Source: a virus
Lineage: Duplodnaviria > Heunggongvirae > Uroviricota > Caudoviricetes
Length of the DNA: 64,000 nt
Virus record (IMG/VR): IMGVR_UViG_3300047317_000139
Reading direction: 5' to 3' (one strand)
Positions 15,246 to 25,100 of this stretch are shown piece after piece. Below the pieces are notes generated by a model. The model saw only the letters and a program-made list of their open reading frames with translations, did not search any database and was not told the DNA's origin. Within the stretch, counting starts at the first letter, position 1. Each line of letters starts with the position of its first letter. Position numbers and translations under genes: made by a program.

Positions 15246-18200
15246 ATGACGTTCGACCAGGCGCAGTCTCCGCGTCTGGGCCAGCGCACTCCGGTCGAGT
15301 CCACCTACGTCCGGATGTTCTCCGGGACAGAGATCCCGGAGGCTGCCTGGCCCGGTCAGCTCATCTTCCGCTCGGACGAGAAGATCCTGCAGGTCTACGA
15401 CGGTGAGGCTGAGGCCTGGACCGATGTCGCGGGTGGAGTGGCTGGTCAGCTCACCTTCATCGGTGCCACTCAGCCGGTAGCGCAGTCGGTCGGGGACACC
15501 TGGTACGACTCCGACGACAACTACAAGCTCTACGTCTGGGATGGCAGCTCCTGGAACGTGGCGGTGGCGGGAGCTGTGGCCGGCACGGTCACGGAGTACT
15601 CGGTCAGCTCCAGTGAGACGGTGGCTCCCACCACTGGCTGGTCCACGTCCACGCCTACTCGCGCGCCTGGGACGTTCATCTGGGTGCGCACCACCAGCAC
15701 CCGCATCGACGGTACGAGCACCACCACCAACCCGGCCCTGATGACGGGCAACACGGGAGCGACCGGCCCGCAGGGATCAGCTGGGCCGCAGGGCATCCCA
15801 GGTCCTACCGGACCGAACGGCCAGCCGCTCTACACCTGGACCAAGTACGCGGACACGCCGACCACTGGGATGAGCGACAGCCCGACCGGGAAGACCTACC
15901 TCGGCCTGTCCTACAACCAACCCAACCCCACCGAGTCCAACGTCTACTCCGACTACCAGTGGTCGCTGATCGTGGGACCGCAGGGTGTGCCTGGACCAAC
16001 TGGTGCTGACGGTCAGCCGACCTACACCTGGATCAAGTACGGCACCAGCTCCACGGGCGCTGGGATCAACGACGATCCGACTGGCATGACCTACATGGGC
16101 ATCGCCTACAACAAGACCACGCCCACCGAGTCCACCAACCCCGCGCTGTACGAGTGGAGCCTGATCCAGGGTCCGCCTGGGGCGAACGCGGCCACCATCA
16201 CGCTCACCTCCACCACTCAGATCCTCACCTCTCCCTCGGGCGGAGGTGCGACCACGCCGGCGACTGCCACGGTCACTGGCACTGCGGTGAACACCACGAT
16301 CTCGGTCTGGGACTACAGCGTGGACAGCGGGGCCTTCTCTACCTCACTGCCTGCGGGCGTGTCGCGGGCCGGGAACGTGGTCACCATCACCGGTGCCACG
16401 ATGACCGCCAACACGATCGCGGTCCGGATGGGGAACGGCACGATCGCGGACACGCTCACGGTGGCCAAGGTCTACAACGGTGCGACTGGAGCCACGGGCA
16501 ACCCGGGCAGCACAGGTGGCACGGGTTCACCTGGTGCCGACGCCTACACGGTGCTGCTGACCAACGAGGCGGCGGTCTTCCCGGGCACGGTCACCGCAGC
16601 CATCGCTGGCAGCACCACCAGCAGCGTGCTGGCCTACAAGGGCGCGACCCGCGTCGCTGCCACGATCGGCACGATCACTGGTCAGCAGCCTGGGCTGACC
16701 ACGGCGATCACCAACAACGGGACCACCACTGCGGGGATCACGATCACCGTCACCACCTCGTTGACCCTGGCCGGCACTCTGGTCATCCCGATCACGGTGG
16801 ATGGGATCACCTTCAACAAGCAGTTCGCCTGGACGGTCAGCTTCACTGGCGCTACTGGCAACACCGGAAGTACTGGCCCCACTGGTCCGACTGGCGGCAC
16901 TGGCTCGCCCGGAGTCAGCGTCACCGCGATGACCCCGTACTTCGCCACGGTCACCTACGGAGCAGCAGCTCCCACCCAGCCCACCAACCAGGCGACTCCG
17001 CCTGCGCCCTGGGCCACTCTCGAACCGGCCTACACGGTGGGCACCGAGCTGTACCGCACCGACAAGTCCACTTACTCCGACGCGCACTACAGCTACTCGG
17101 TGGTCACCAAGGTCTCTTCGTACGCCGCTGTCGCCACCGACAACCTGCCGCCCACCAGCTCGCCCACACCCGAGGTGATCGCTGGGATCGGTGCGTTCTT
17201 CCTGCGCTGGCCGGCGATCACCAACCACGACCCGGTGGCCTACGAGGTGCACGTCAGCGACACCTCTGGGTTCACCCCAGACACCACTCCTGGCCCTACC
17301 AGCACCACGCGCTACACCACTACCACAGGGTTCTCGGTCACGGTGCGCAACCTGATCCCGGTCGACCAGGCCACTGGACTGCCCACCGCGTTCAACTACG
17401 GCCAGCCGTACTACTTCAAGATCCTGTCCCGAGACTCTGACGGCCCCTGCTCCGCGGGCGCGGGTGCGCAGGTAACTGGCACGATGCAGCCGATCACCGG
17501 CGAGGACATCACGGTGGGCTCGGTGCTGGCGGAGCACATCGTGGGTGGCACGCTGACCGGAGACCTGTTCAGTGGCCAGGTCTTCTTGGGGTCCACGATC
17601 AGTACCGGCGCGCTGAACCCGGATGGCACGATCTCGGGCGCACGGGTAGAGCTCAGCCCGCTGGGGCTGTTCGTCTACGACCAGACCAACACCCAGATCA
17701 CCGGCTTCCCACTGGACCCGTCTCAGGACGCTTTCGTCAAGCAGGCGCACTTCGACATGCTGTCGGCGGACGTGCAGAACAACTTCACCATGCACGGCAC
17801 CAACAACCAGATCGCCACCGAGGCCGAGCTGACGCTGGCCGCTGGGGTCACGGCTCCGACCGCGCAGCCGACCCTGGCTGCGGTCTACGACACGGTGCAG
17901 CTGGACCGGACCAACGCCTACCCGCCGCACAGCCCAGCGACCGACTACAACCTGGGCACCTTCGCGCTCGATCCCTCCCAGATCACCTCGATCGCCTGGA
18001 TCACTGCCTACGGCGGCTACTGGGCGGTGATCCAGCAGAAGTCCGCCGGGTTCCGGATCTGGCGGTTCAACGCCAATGGCACGGTCAAGGCCAACCCGGG
18101 CACCGGTCGACCCTGGCTCGACGACTGGAACGGGCGGACCAACTGCTTCGTCTGCTACGACCCGGTGGGCGGGGACCTGGTGACCCTGTTCCAGCAGGGC

Positions 18201-21200
18201 ACCGGGTACTTCCTGTTCGGCTACACCCCGACCGGGACCAGCATCATCAACTTCATCCCGGCCAGCTGGATCCTGGACTCGGCCACCCGTCCGCCCGGGC
18301 TCGCGTACGACGCTGCTGCCAGCCGCTACATCATGTTCCAGTCCAACGGCGGCGCGAACGGCACGCTGCACGTACGTCGGTTCCACGGTGTGGTCGGGTC
18401 GGGCGGACTGTGGGGCACAGCAGTCTCGGACAGCACTACGCAGAGCGCTGCTGGTGGAGGCCTGTCCCAGCGGCTGCACGGGCTGGTCTACGGCACCCAG
18501 GTCGGTGGGGCGAACCGGTACGTCATCGACGCCGACACCTACCTGCAGAACTACATCTTCGACACCTCGTGGGTGCAGAAGAACACCGATGGTGCCTACG
18601 AGCAGTGGTCCAAGCCGGCTGCTGCTCGCGGGTTCTGCCACAACGGCTCCCAGTTCGTCTCGGTGGACGCGACCGGGAAGATCACCTTCTACACGAACTG
18701 GAACTGGCCCCAGTCCAACTCGACCATCTACGTCGGGGCCTCGGCCATCGCCACCAGGCCCGCTCCGGACTACGAGACTCCGGTTGGCGCACTGGCCAGC
18801 ATCAGCCAGGCGCGACGGGCCAAGCTGATGATCACGATGCCCGAGACCGGGGACACGGGGGCGACCGCCTCTCCGAACCAGTGGGGTTTGTACTACCAGC
18901 GCAGCGCCACCGCTCTCACGGGCGGTTCGGGGATGAAGCAGATCGGGCTGATCGGTGCTGCATCAACTCCGTCCAGCGTCACGATCACTGCTGACCCCAC
19001 CGGAGCCGCGCCGGCGTTCGGCCTGGACGGGAAGCCCGACGCGAACTACTCCAGCTTCCCGGGCGCGAACCCGGCGCAGCTGACCAGCTACGCCTTCGAC
19101 GGCGTAGGCCCGCTCATCCAGCTGAACGGGGATGGCTCAGGACGGCTGGGATCGGCGTACTGGGACACCAACGGGAACTGGACCGGGATCGGCAGCGGTG
19201 GTGCGACCACGCTGGATACCTACACCCTCGCTGCCACAGCGGGCCTGACGCTGACCAATACCGACACCGACATCCCCGGGATGTCCACGTCGGTATCCGT
19301 GGGAGGGCCCTCGGATCGGTTCCTGGTGGTAGCCGCGTTCGACGCGCGTACTGCGGGAGCAGGCGACAACTCGGTGATGTCAGGGAAGCTGGTGGTCGAC
19401 GGCACGGCCCAGGTTGCGGTAGCGACCTTCAACAGCGGTAGCACGGCCAACCTTCGTGCCACGGTGCACCAGAGCTGGGTGATCAGCGGGATGGCCGCGG
19501 GCAACCACACGTTCAAGGCTCAGGCCTCGCAGGTCAACAGTGGCACGATCACCCTCAGCACGGTCCACACCAGGATGGTGATCGTCAAGCTGGTCGGCCC
19601 ACCCGGACCGAAGGGCGACAAGGGCGACACCGGAGCTACCGGATCTCAGGGCGCGACCGGAGCTACTGGTCCGACTGGAGCCACTGGTGGCCAGGGACCG
19701 ATCGGTAACACCGGACCACAGGGTGCTACTGGAGCTCAGGGGCCACAGGGTGCGACTGGAGCTCAGGGCATCCAGGGTCCGACTGGTAACACCGGTGCTC
19801 AGGGCACGGCTGGTGAGAAGTGGTTCTCGGGTGCCGGCGCTCCCTCGGGCGCGACCGGGGCAGTCAACGACTGGGACCTGGACACCACTGCCGGCGACAT
19901 CTACGAGAAGACCGGGGCCTCGACCTGGACCCTGCGCGGGAACATCAAGGGCCCACAGGGCACCACGGGAGCGACCGGTAGCCAGGGCATCCAGGGACCC
20001 ATCGGCAACACCGGTGCCACGGGTCAGGCCGAGGGCTGGTGGGGTGGTGCTGGAGCTCCGTCTGGAGCCACGGGAGCGGTCGGGGACTGGTACCTGAACC
20101 AGACCAACGGGGATGTCTACGAGAAGACGGGAGCGAGCGCCTGGACGCTGCGCACCAACATCACCGGCCCCGCTGGTCCTACCGGTGCTCAGGGCCCGCC
20201 AGGAGGCTCCTCAGCGGGTTCTGTGAACGTGGTGGACGAGACCACGCTGGTGGTCTCCAACGCCACCCAGATGTCTTTCAAGGGCACCGGCGTCACTGCG
20301 ACTGCTGGAGTGGCTGGCGAGGCCGTGGTCACCATCCCCACTCCTGCTGCGCTGCCTCCGAACGGGGCTGCAGGTGGAGACCTGGGTGGGACCTACCCGA
20401 ACCCCACGGTGCCTGCCCTGACGACCAAGGTGAACACCTCGGCGGTGGGCTCGGCCAGCGGTGTCGCCTCCCTGGACGGCAGCTCCAAGGTCCCGATCGC
20501 TCAGATCCCCACCGGACAGACCTCGACTACGGTCCCGCTCGGCAACGACACCAGGTTCACTGACGCCCGGACTCCGACCGCGCACGCGGCCAGCCACGGC
20601 TCTGGGCAGGCAGACGCGGTTCTGCTGAACGCCAACCAGATCAGTGCCGGGATCATGGGCGTGAACCGGCTGGGCAACAACCCGCAGGTCACCACCTACC
20701 TGAGAGCGGCTGGAACCTCGGGCGCTCCTGACTGGGTGTCGACGGCCACGGCGAAGACCGATCTGGGAGCTGGAGCAGCCAGCGGCCTGGCCACTCTGGA
20801 CGCCACTACCCGAGTACCGCCGGCGCAGCTCCCGCTGATGGGTGGCGGGAACCTGCTGGTCAACTCCAACTTCATCGAGACCACAGGGCTAGCGGCCAGC
20901 AACTTCGGCAGTGCTGCGATCACCCAGGAGACCACCACCACCTGGCGCAACGGGCGCGCGATGCGGGTCACCTCGTCCAACGCCAGCAACGCCTTCGGGA
21001 TCGGCAGCTACGCAGTGGTCAGCGAGACGGTCGCAGCTGGGAACCGGTTCGCTCCGAACACCGCCTACACGTTCACGATGTGGGTCTACAACCCGACTGC
21101 GAGTGGCACTGCGCAGGTCGCCATCATCACCACCGGCGCTGGGATCACCACCAACCCGAGTGCTACTACCACGGTCAAAGACACCTGGACTCGGCTGTCG

Positions 21201-22112
21201 GTCTCGTTCATCACCGCTGCCAGTGGCACCTTCACACTGCGGTCCGGCAGTGAGGCCAACCCCGCAGTCGGGCTGTACTACATCGTCGGTGCCTGGCAGG
21301 CCGAGCTCGGTGAGGTCCCGACCTCGTACGCCCCCAGGGCCACTGAGCTGGTCGTGGGATCCGGACTGGCGCTGACCGGGAGCACGCTCTCGATCGGGGT
21401 CGGTGGAGTCACCTCGAACATGATCAACGATGGCGAGATCGTGGCAGCTGACATCAACGCCTCGCTGAAGTCGCCAGCGGCTGGTGTCGAGGGGCTGCGC
21501 TCGCTGGGCACCGGATCCACCCAGGCAGCACCAGGGAACGACTCACGGTTCGTGCCGACCGGCTGCATGATGATGTGGCCGACCGCCACCCCGCCGGCTG
21601 GCTGGATCCTCTGTGATGGTGGATCTACGGCGAGCTACCCCGCGCTGGCAGCTGTGGTCGGCGCGAACGTTCCGGACATGCGAGACAAGTTCGCACAAGG
21701 TGTTGGACCGCTGAACGCGCTCAACGCTACGGGTGGCCAGGCTGGTATGCCTGGTCACACCCACGACATCGGGGACCACTACCACAACGCGACCTCCTCC
21801 CCGGGGTTTCCGAACTCCTCGACCGGTGCCCTGAACGCCAACAACGACGCCGGTGCCGTGCACGTCCACCCCATCGACATCGGCAACACGACCGGCTCTT
21901 CCACGTCTTCTCTGCAGAAGACCAACGGGACGATCGCCAACACGGGCGCGACCGGCCCGTACAACCCGACCAACTCCGGCGGTCACACCCACGCCATCAG
22001 CGGGCGCACGGCGTCCTCGCAGATGCAGAACACCGGAAGCACTGGTAGCGGCAACACATCCAACGAGAACCGGCCCCCGTTCCTGACCGTCAACTTCATC
22101 ATCAAGACGTGA
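15246..22112 (+). CDS. giant tail fibre protein (2288 aa) with collagen-like triple-helix tracts, internal tandem domain duplications and a C-terminal phage tail-collar domain
   Basis: The C-terminus MMWPTATPPAGWILCDGGSTASYPALAAVVGANVPDMRDKF...GHTHD... matches the phage tail-collar fold. A long G-X-Y tract runs from about 19600 to 20240 (GPPGPKGDKGDTGATGSQGATGATG...). There are repeated ~55-60-aa modules. Confidence 0.8.
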   Translation: MTFDQAQSPRLGQRTPVESTYVRMFSGTEIPEAAWPGQLIFRSDEKILQVYDGEAEAWTDVAGGVAGQLTFIGATQPVAQSVGDTWYDSDDNYKLYVWDGSSWNVAVAGAVAGTVTEYSVSSSETVAPTTGWSTSTPTRAPGTFIWVRTTSTRIDGTSTTTNPALMTGNTGATGPQGSAGPQGIPGPTGPNGQPLYTWTKYADTPTTGMSDSPTGKTYLGLSYNQPNPTESNVYSDYQWSLIVGPQGVPGPTGADGQPTYTWIKYGTSSTGAGINDDPTGMTYMGIAYNKTTPTESTNPALYEWSLIQGPPGANAATITLTSTTQILTSPSGGGATTPATATVTGTAVNTTISVWDYSVDSGAFSTSLPAGVSRAGNVVTITGATMTANTIAVRMGNGTIADTLTVAKVYNGATGATGNPGSTGGTGSPGADAYTVLLTNEAAVFPGTVTAAIAGSTTSSVLAYKGATRVAATIGTITGQQPGLTTAITNNGTTTAGITITVTTSLTLAGTLVIPITVDGITFNKQFAWTVSFTGATGNTGSTGPTGPTGGTGSPGVSVTAMTPYFATVTYGAAAPTQPTNQATPPAPWATLEPAYTVGTELYRTDKSTYSDAHYSYSVVTKVSSYAAVATDNLPPTSSPTPEVIAGIGAFFLRWPAITNHDPVAYEVHVSDTSGFTPDTTPGPTSTTRYTTTTGFSVTVRNLIPVDQATGLPTAFNYGQPYYFKILSRDSDGPCSAGAGAQVTGTMQPITGEDITVGSVLAEHIVGGTLTGDLFSGQVFLGSTISTGALNPDGTISGARVELSPLGLFVYDQTNTQITGFPLDPSQDAFVKQAHFDMLSADVQNNFTMHGTNNQIATEAELTLAAGVTAPTAQPTLAAVYDTVQLDRTNAYPPHSPATDYNLGTFALDPSQITSIAWITAYGGYWAVIQQKSAGFRIWRFNANGTVKANPGTGRPWLDDWNGRTNCFVCYDPVGGDLVTLFQQGTGYFLFGYTPTGTSIINFIPASWILDSATRPPGLAYDAAASRYIMFQSNGGANGTLHVRRFHGVVGSGGLWGTAVSDSTTQSAAGGGLSQRLHGLVYGTQVGGANRYVIDADTYLQNYIFDTSWVQKNTDGAYEQWSKPAAARGFCHNGSQFVSVDATGKITFYTNWNWPQSNSTIYVGASAIATRPAPDYETPVGALASISQARRAKLMITMPETGDTGATASPNQWGLYYQRSATALTGGSGMKQIGLIGAASTPSSVTITADPTGAAPAFGLDGKPDANYSSFPGANPAQLTSYAFDGVGPLIQLNGDGSGRLGSAYWDTNGNWTGIGSGGATTLDTYTLAATAGLTLTNTDTDIPGMSTSVSVGGPSDRFLVVAAFDARTAGAGDNSVMSGKLVVDGTAQVAVATFNSGSTANLRATVHQSWVISGMAAGNHTFKAQASQVNSGTITLSTVHTRMVIVKLVGPPGPKGDKGDTGATGSQGATGATGPTGATGGQGPIGNTGPQGATGAQGPQGATGAQGIQGPTGNTGAQGTAGEKWFSGAGAPSGATGAVNDWDLDTTAGDIYEKTGASTWTLRGNIKGPQGTTGATGSQGIQGPIGNTGATGQAEGWWGGAGAPSGATGAVGDWYLNQTNGDVYEKTGASAWTLRTNITGPAGPTGAQGPPGGSSAGSVNVVDETTLVVSNATQMSFKGTGVTATAGVAGEAVVTIPTPAALPPNGAAGGDLGGTYPNPTVPALTTKVNTSAVGSASGVASLDGSSKVPIAQIPTGQTSTTVPLGNDTRFTDARTPTAHAASHGSGQADAVLLNANQISAGIMGVNRLGNNPQVTTYLRAAGTSGAPDWVSTATAKTDLGAGAASGLATLDATTRVPPAQLPLMGGGNLLVNSNFIETTGLAASNFGSAAITQETTTTWRNGRAMRVTSSNASNAFGIGSYAVVSETVAAGNRFAPNTAYTFTMWVYNPTASGTAQVAIITTGAGITTNPSATTTVKDTWTRLSVSFITAASGTFTLRSGSEANPAVGLYYIVGAWQAELGEVPTSYAPRATELVVGSGLALTGSTLSIGVGGVTSNMINDGEIVAADINASLKSPAAGVEGLRSLGTGSTQAAPGNDSRFVPTGCMMMWPTATPPAGWILCDGGSTASYPALAAVVGANVPDMRDKFAQGVGPLNALNATGGQAGMPGHTHDIGDHYHNATSSPGFPNSSTGALNANNDAGAVHVHPIDIGNTTGSSTSSLQKTNGTIANTGATGPYNPTNSGGHTHAISGRTASSQMQNTGSTGSGNTSNENRPPFLTVNFIIKT

Positions 22113-22146
22113 CGAGGATGAGACCATCTGAGTAGAGGAGGCAGAC

Positions 22147-22473
22147 ATGCCAGGAACTACCCCCGCACAAGCCTTCCGGGTGCCGATCAGCACGGACGAC
22201 CCGGATGTGGTTGATGACATCACCCAGCTCGCCAAGCAGATCGAGAAGCGGGTGATGGGGGTCTACGCCACCACTGCCGCGCGCGACTCGGCGACCGCCG
22301 CAGCTGGGGTCCAGGAGGGGATGTTCGCCTTCACCCAGGACGCCAACAAGGTCTGGTACTACGACGGAGCAGCCTGGCAGCCGTTCCCGCCGGCCCAGCC
22401 CGCGATCACCTCGGGGTCCTCGGTACCGGCCAACTCCTCTGGAGCCAACGGCGACGTCTTCTTCAAGGTGTAG
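22147..22473 (+). CDS. hypothetical fibre-associated protein (108 aa)
   Basis: GAGGAGG RBS; follows the fibre gene. Confidence 0.45.
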   Translation: MPGTTPAQAFRVPISTDDPDVVDDITQLAKQIEKRVMGVYATTAARDSATAAAGVQEGMFAFTQDANKVWYYDGAAWQPFPPAQPAITSGSSVPANSSGANGDVFFKV

Positions 22474-22476
22474 CCC

Positions 22477-23586
22477 GTGGCCCTCTACCAGAAGGTCAAC
22501 GATGTCTGGACTCTGTGCCAGCGGCCCTACGTGCTGCGGAACGGGGTCTGGACTGCGGTGACCGAGGCGTACGTCAAGCAGGCCGGAGCCTGGGTCCGGG
22601 CCTACGAGTTCGACGTCACTCCGCCCTCGCCACCGCTGATCTCGCTGGCGATCACCGAGGACTTCAACACGATCAAGGGTGTGAAGACGCTGGTCTCGCG
22701 CTGGATCAAGGTGGGAGTCAGGCTGCCAGGAGCGGCCAACGACCCGGACGCGCGCCTCACGCGCGTGCTCACCGACTACGCGGGGAAGCCACCAACCACC
22801 CAGTTCGGTGGCACCTACACCTCGGCTGCGGACTCCACCTACCCGAACGAGCCCTGGAGTGAGTGGCGCTACAACGACTACGGCGGACACAACGACACCT
22901 CGGTGGAGATCTTCAAGCAGTGGCCACGCAACGCCTCGGCGGGCAGCATCATCCAAGGCGACCAGACCTACCACTTCACCGGCTGGGCCCTGGACGACGC
23001 GGGGAACTGGAGCGCGGGCACCGCGGCCTCGATCCACGTTCCGAAGAACTCTGTGGACGTGCCGAACGTGGTCACCAAGGAGGTGCGGATCCAGCCGAAC
23101 AGCTCTGGGTCATGGGTGTCGGCAGGCTGGCAGAGCGGGAACCTGGTCCAGCAGAAGTCCCCGCGCTCGGTGGGGCTGTGGCTGTATGGCAACCAGATCA
23201 CCGACTCGATCGGCAAGTCGGGCACGGTCACCATCAAGAGCGCCCAGATCTACATCAGGCGCGAGAACGACAACGGCTCGGCCAACGCCAACGTCTACCT
23301 GTTCTGGACTGCGATCGGCACCGTGAGTGGGCTGCCTGCGCCCGGTGGCTCGCTAGGGAAGACCGAGATCACCAAGCTCGGGCAGCTGGCCAAGGGACAG
23401 GGGAACTGGTTCAACCTGCCGGCTGCGTTCAGCAACAACCTGAACTCCAACATCAAGGGGATGGGCTTGGACTGGAAGGACCCGATCAAGGCCGACGCCT
23501 TCCCGGCCGACTACTCCTCGATGTCCGCGTTGAGTACGAACCTCCACAGCGGGGAACTACACCTGGTGTGGGAGGAAGCCCTGTAG
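22477..23586 (+). CDS. minor tail protein (N-terminus MALYQKVNDVWT..., like actinophage minor tail proteins)
   Basis: The conserved-looking N-terminal segment is typical of actinobacteriophage minor tail proteins. The protein is beta-rich and Trp/Gly-rich. Confidence 0.5.
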   Translation: MALYQKVNDVWTLCQRPYVLRNGVWTAVTEAYVKQAGAWVRAYEFDVTPPSPPLISLAITEDFNTIKGVKTLVSRWIKVGVRLPGAANDPDARLTRVLTDYAGKPPTTQFGGTYTSAADSTYPNEPWSEWRYNDYGGHNDTSVEIFKQWPRNASAGSIIQGDQTYHFTGWALDDAGNWSAGTAASIHVPKNSVDVPNVVTKEVRIQPNSSGSWVSAGWQSGNLVQQKSPRSVGLWLYGNQITDSIGKSGTVTIKSAQIYIRRENDNGSANANVYLFWTAIGTVSGLPAPGGSLGKTEITKLGQLAKGQGNWFNLPAAFSNNLNSNIKGMGLDWKDPIKADAFPADYSSMSALSTNLHSGELHLVWEEAL

Positions 23587-23615
23587 TGACTGGCCCAACG
23601 AGTGAGGATGAAGAC

Positions 23616-23903
23616 ATGGCAACCAAGAAGCAGGATGAGTCCGCCGAGGTGACTGGCGAAGAGACCGAGCCGGAGCCCTTCGTCGACCCCGAGGGCGAAG
23701 ACGAGTTCTACGGCATCCCGGGGCAGATCCAGTACCCGGACCCGCATGTCGATGCCGAGCGCGCAGCTGCGTTCGCTGGCGGCAAGGTGGATCACCTTGA
23801 CCCGCGTGCCGAGGACGACCCCGCCTACGAGAGCGGCTGGGAGAACCCCGCCGACCGTCCGAACGAGGAGCAGGTAGAGGACGACGAGGAGAAGACCGAG
23901 TGA
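23616..23903 (+). CDS. highly acidic small protein (95 aa, Asp/Glu/Pro-rich)
   Basis: In-frame ATG at 23616 with a GAGGA RBS, inside the tail of table ORF 22863..23903. The protein is extremely acidic (EETEPEPFVDPEGEDEFY...). Confidence 0.45.
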   Translation: MATKKQDESAEVTGEETEPEPFVDPEGEDEFYGIPGQIQYPDPHVDAERAAAFAGGKVDHLDPRAEDDPAYESGWENPADRPNEEQVEDDEEKTE

Positions 23904-24082
23904 GCGAGACCCCGAGTGAGTCGCTGGCGGAGTTCGATCAGGTCGAGGAAGACCTGGAAGAGGAGCCCGAGGAGGGTCTCGACGTCGACTTCGATGGTGA
24001 CGAAGAGGTCGAGCCCGATGACTCAGCCGATCCCGGTGAGGGCGGCAACACGGGCACCGAAGGTGGGGAGGACGACGAATGA
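23900..24082 (+). CDS. highly acidic small protein (60 aa, >45% Asp/Glu)
   Basis: The sequence is MSETPSESLAEFDQVEEDLEEEPEEGLDVDFDGDEEVEPDDSADPGEGGNTGTEGGEDDE. The GTG start overlaps the upstream stop. Confidence 0.45.
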   Translation: MSETPSESLAEFDQVEEDLEEEPEEGLDVDFDGDEEVEPDDSADPGEGGNTGTEGGEDDE

Positions 24083-24519
24083 GACCAGTCAAGGGCCCCA
24101 TCGGAACTCCGTACGGCCGGCGCGGGTCGTACTGGGGCTGCAGACGTGACTCCCGTGGCTACGGCATCCACACCGGCGTGGACTTCCCAGCTCCAGCCGG
24201 AACTCCGGTCTACGCCGCTCGCGGCGGGACTGTGGTCTACGCCAACCACGGCTCTGCCTTCGGCTACCACCAGCTGGAGATCAAGCGCGGTGACGGTACT
24301 CGGGACTTCTACGCGCACATGCGTACCCGGAGCGTCCCGAACGGGGCCAAGATCCGGGCTGGGCGCAAGATCGGTGAGGTCGGTGCGGAAGGCAACGTGA
24401 CCGGACCTCACCTCCACTTCGAGCGGCATTCGGTCGCTACCGGAGGCTGGTCCTGCGCGATCGTGCGCAACCCACAGCCCTCGATCGACTTCCAGCCGCC
24501 GAAGCCGAAGAAGAAGTAG
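24079..24519 (+). CDS. M23 family metallopeptidase (lysostaphin-like catalytic domain only; putative endolysin or virion lysin)
   Basis: Carries the HTGVDFPAPAGTPVYAARGGTVVYA motif, FYAHM, and GPHLHFE (M23 HxH motif). At 146 aa it has no obvious cell-wall-binding domain. Confidence 0.75.
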   Translation: MRPVKGPIGTPYGRRGSYWGCRRDSRGYGIHTGVDFPAPAGTPVYAARGGTVVYANHGSAFGYHQLEIKRGDGTRDFYAHMRTRSVPNGAKIRAGRKIGEVGAEGNVTGPHLHFERHSVATGGWSCAIVRNPQPSIDFQPPKPKKK

Positions 24520-24528
24520 GAGGCCGTC

Positions 24529-24765
24529 ATGGCCAACTGGCAGGAGTACTGGAAGGGCATCCTCGGGTTCTTGGTGCCAGGAGCAGTGGTCATCGGAAGC
24601 TCGGTGCTCAGCGACTCCGATGGAGGCACCTCGATCACGGGTAGTGAGTGGGTGACTGCCATCGTGGCGATGATCGTGACTGGAGCTGCGGTGACTCTGA
24701 AGGGGAACGCAGCTGCTCCTACCGCCACTCCACCCGTTGAGCCACCTGTTGTGCCTCAGGTGTAG
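24529..24765 (+). CDS. holin-like small membrane protein (2 TM helices)
   Basis: Two hydrophobic helices (ILGFLVPGAVVIGSSVL and WVTAIVAMIVTGAAVTL) and a charged C-terminus, adjacent to the M23 peptidase. Confidence 0.45.
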   Translation: MANWQEYWKGILGFLVPGAVVIGSSVLSDSDGGTSITGSEWVTAIVAMIVTGAAVTLKGNAAAPTATPPVEPPVVPQV

Positions 24766-24782
24766 TGGATAGGATGGGATCC

Positions 24783-25100
24783 ATGCCGAGAACAGTGACA
24801 GTCACAGGATCCTTCCAGTACAAGAACGGTCGTCCGGTCCATGGCCTGGTCCGGTTCATGCCGAGCAGGCTCTGGGTGATCCAGCAAGAGATCGCCTGGG
24901 CCTGCTTGGCACCGGAAGTCCAGCTCGCGCGGGACGGGAGCTTCGCGGTAGAGCTCACTCCGACTGATACCGATGTGATCTGGTGGCGATACCGTGTGGA
25001 GTCGCCGGCGGGTGCCTGGGAGCTCTCAGTGCCCTGGGTCAAGACCGGGTACACGCTGAAGGAGCTGGTCAGTGAGCATCATCCTGGGACGCGGACCTAG
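24783..25100 (+). CDS. hypothetical beta-rich protein (~105 aa) overlapping the terminase start
   Basis: Likely ATG at 24783 (MPRTVTVTG); the table ORF starts at a GTG at 24765. Function unknown; it is not obviously a TerS. Confidence 0.35.
   Translation: MPRTVTVTGSFQYKNGRPVHGLVRFMPSRLWVIQQEIAWACLAPEVQLARDGSFAVELTPTDTDVIWWRYRVESPAGAWELSVPWVKTGYTLKELVSEHHPGTRT

Noticed and set aside
16154-17440. 428-aa + strand ORF rich in His/Arg/Gly (HHHAHLHHSD...) inside the giant fibre gene
   Set aside because: It is an alternative frame of the collagen-like/fibre coding region. It has low-complexity GC-frame composition and no independent RBS or start context.
19600-20240. Possible CRISPR-like or tandem DNA repeats
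   Set aside because: The periodicity is the 9-bp G-X-Y collagen codon repeat inside a coding sequence. It is not a repeat-spacer array. No CRISPR-like direct repeats with unique spacers are present anywhere in the window.
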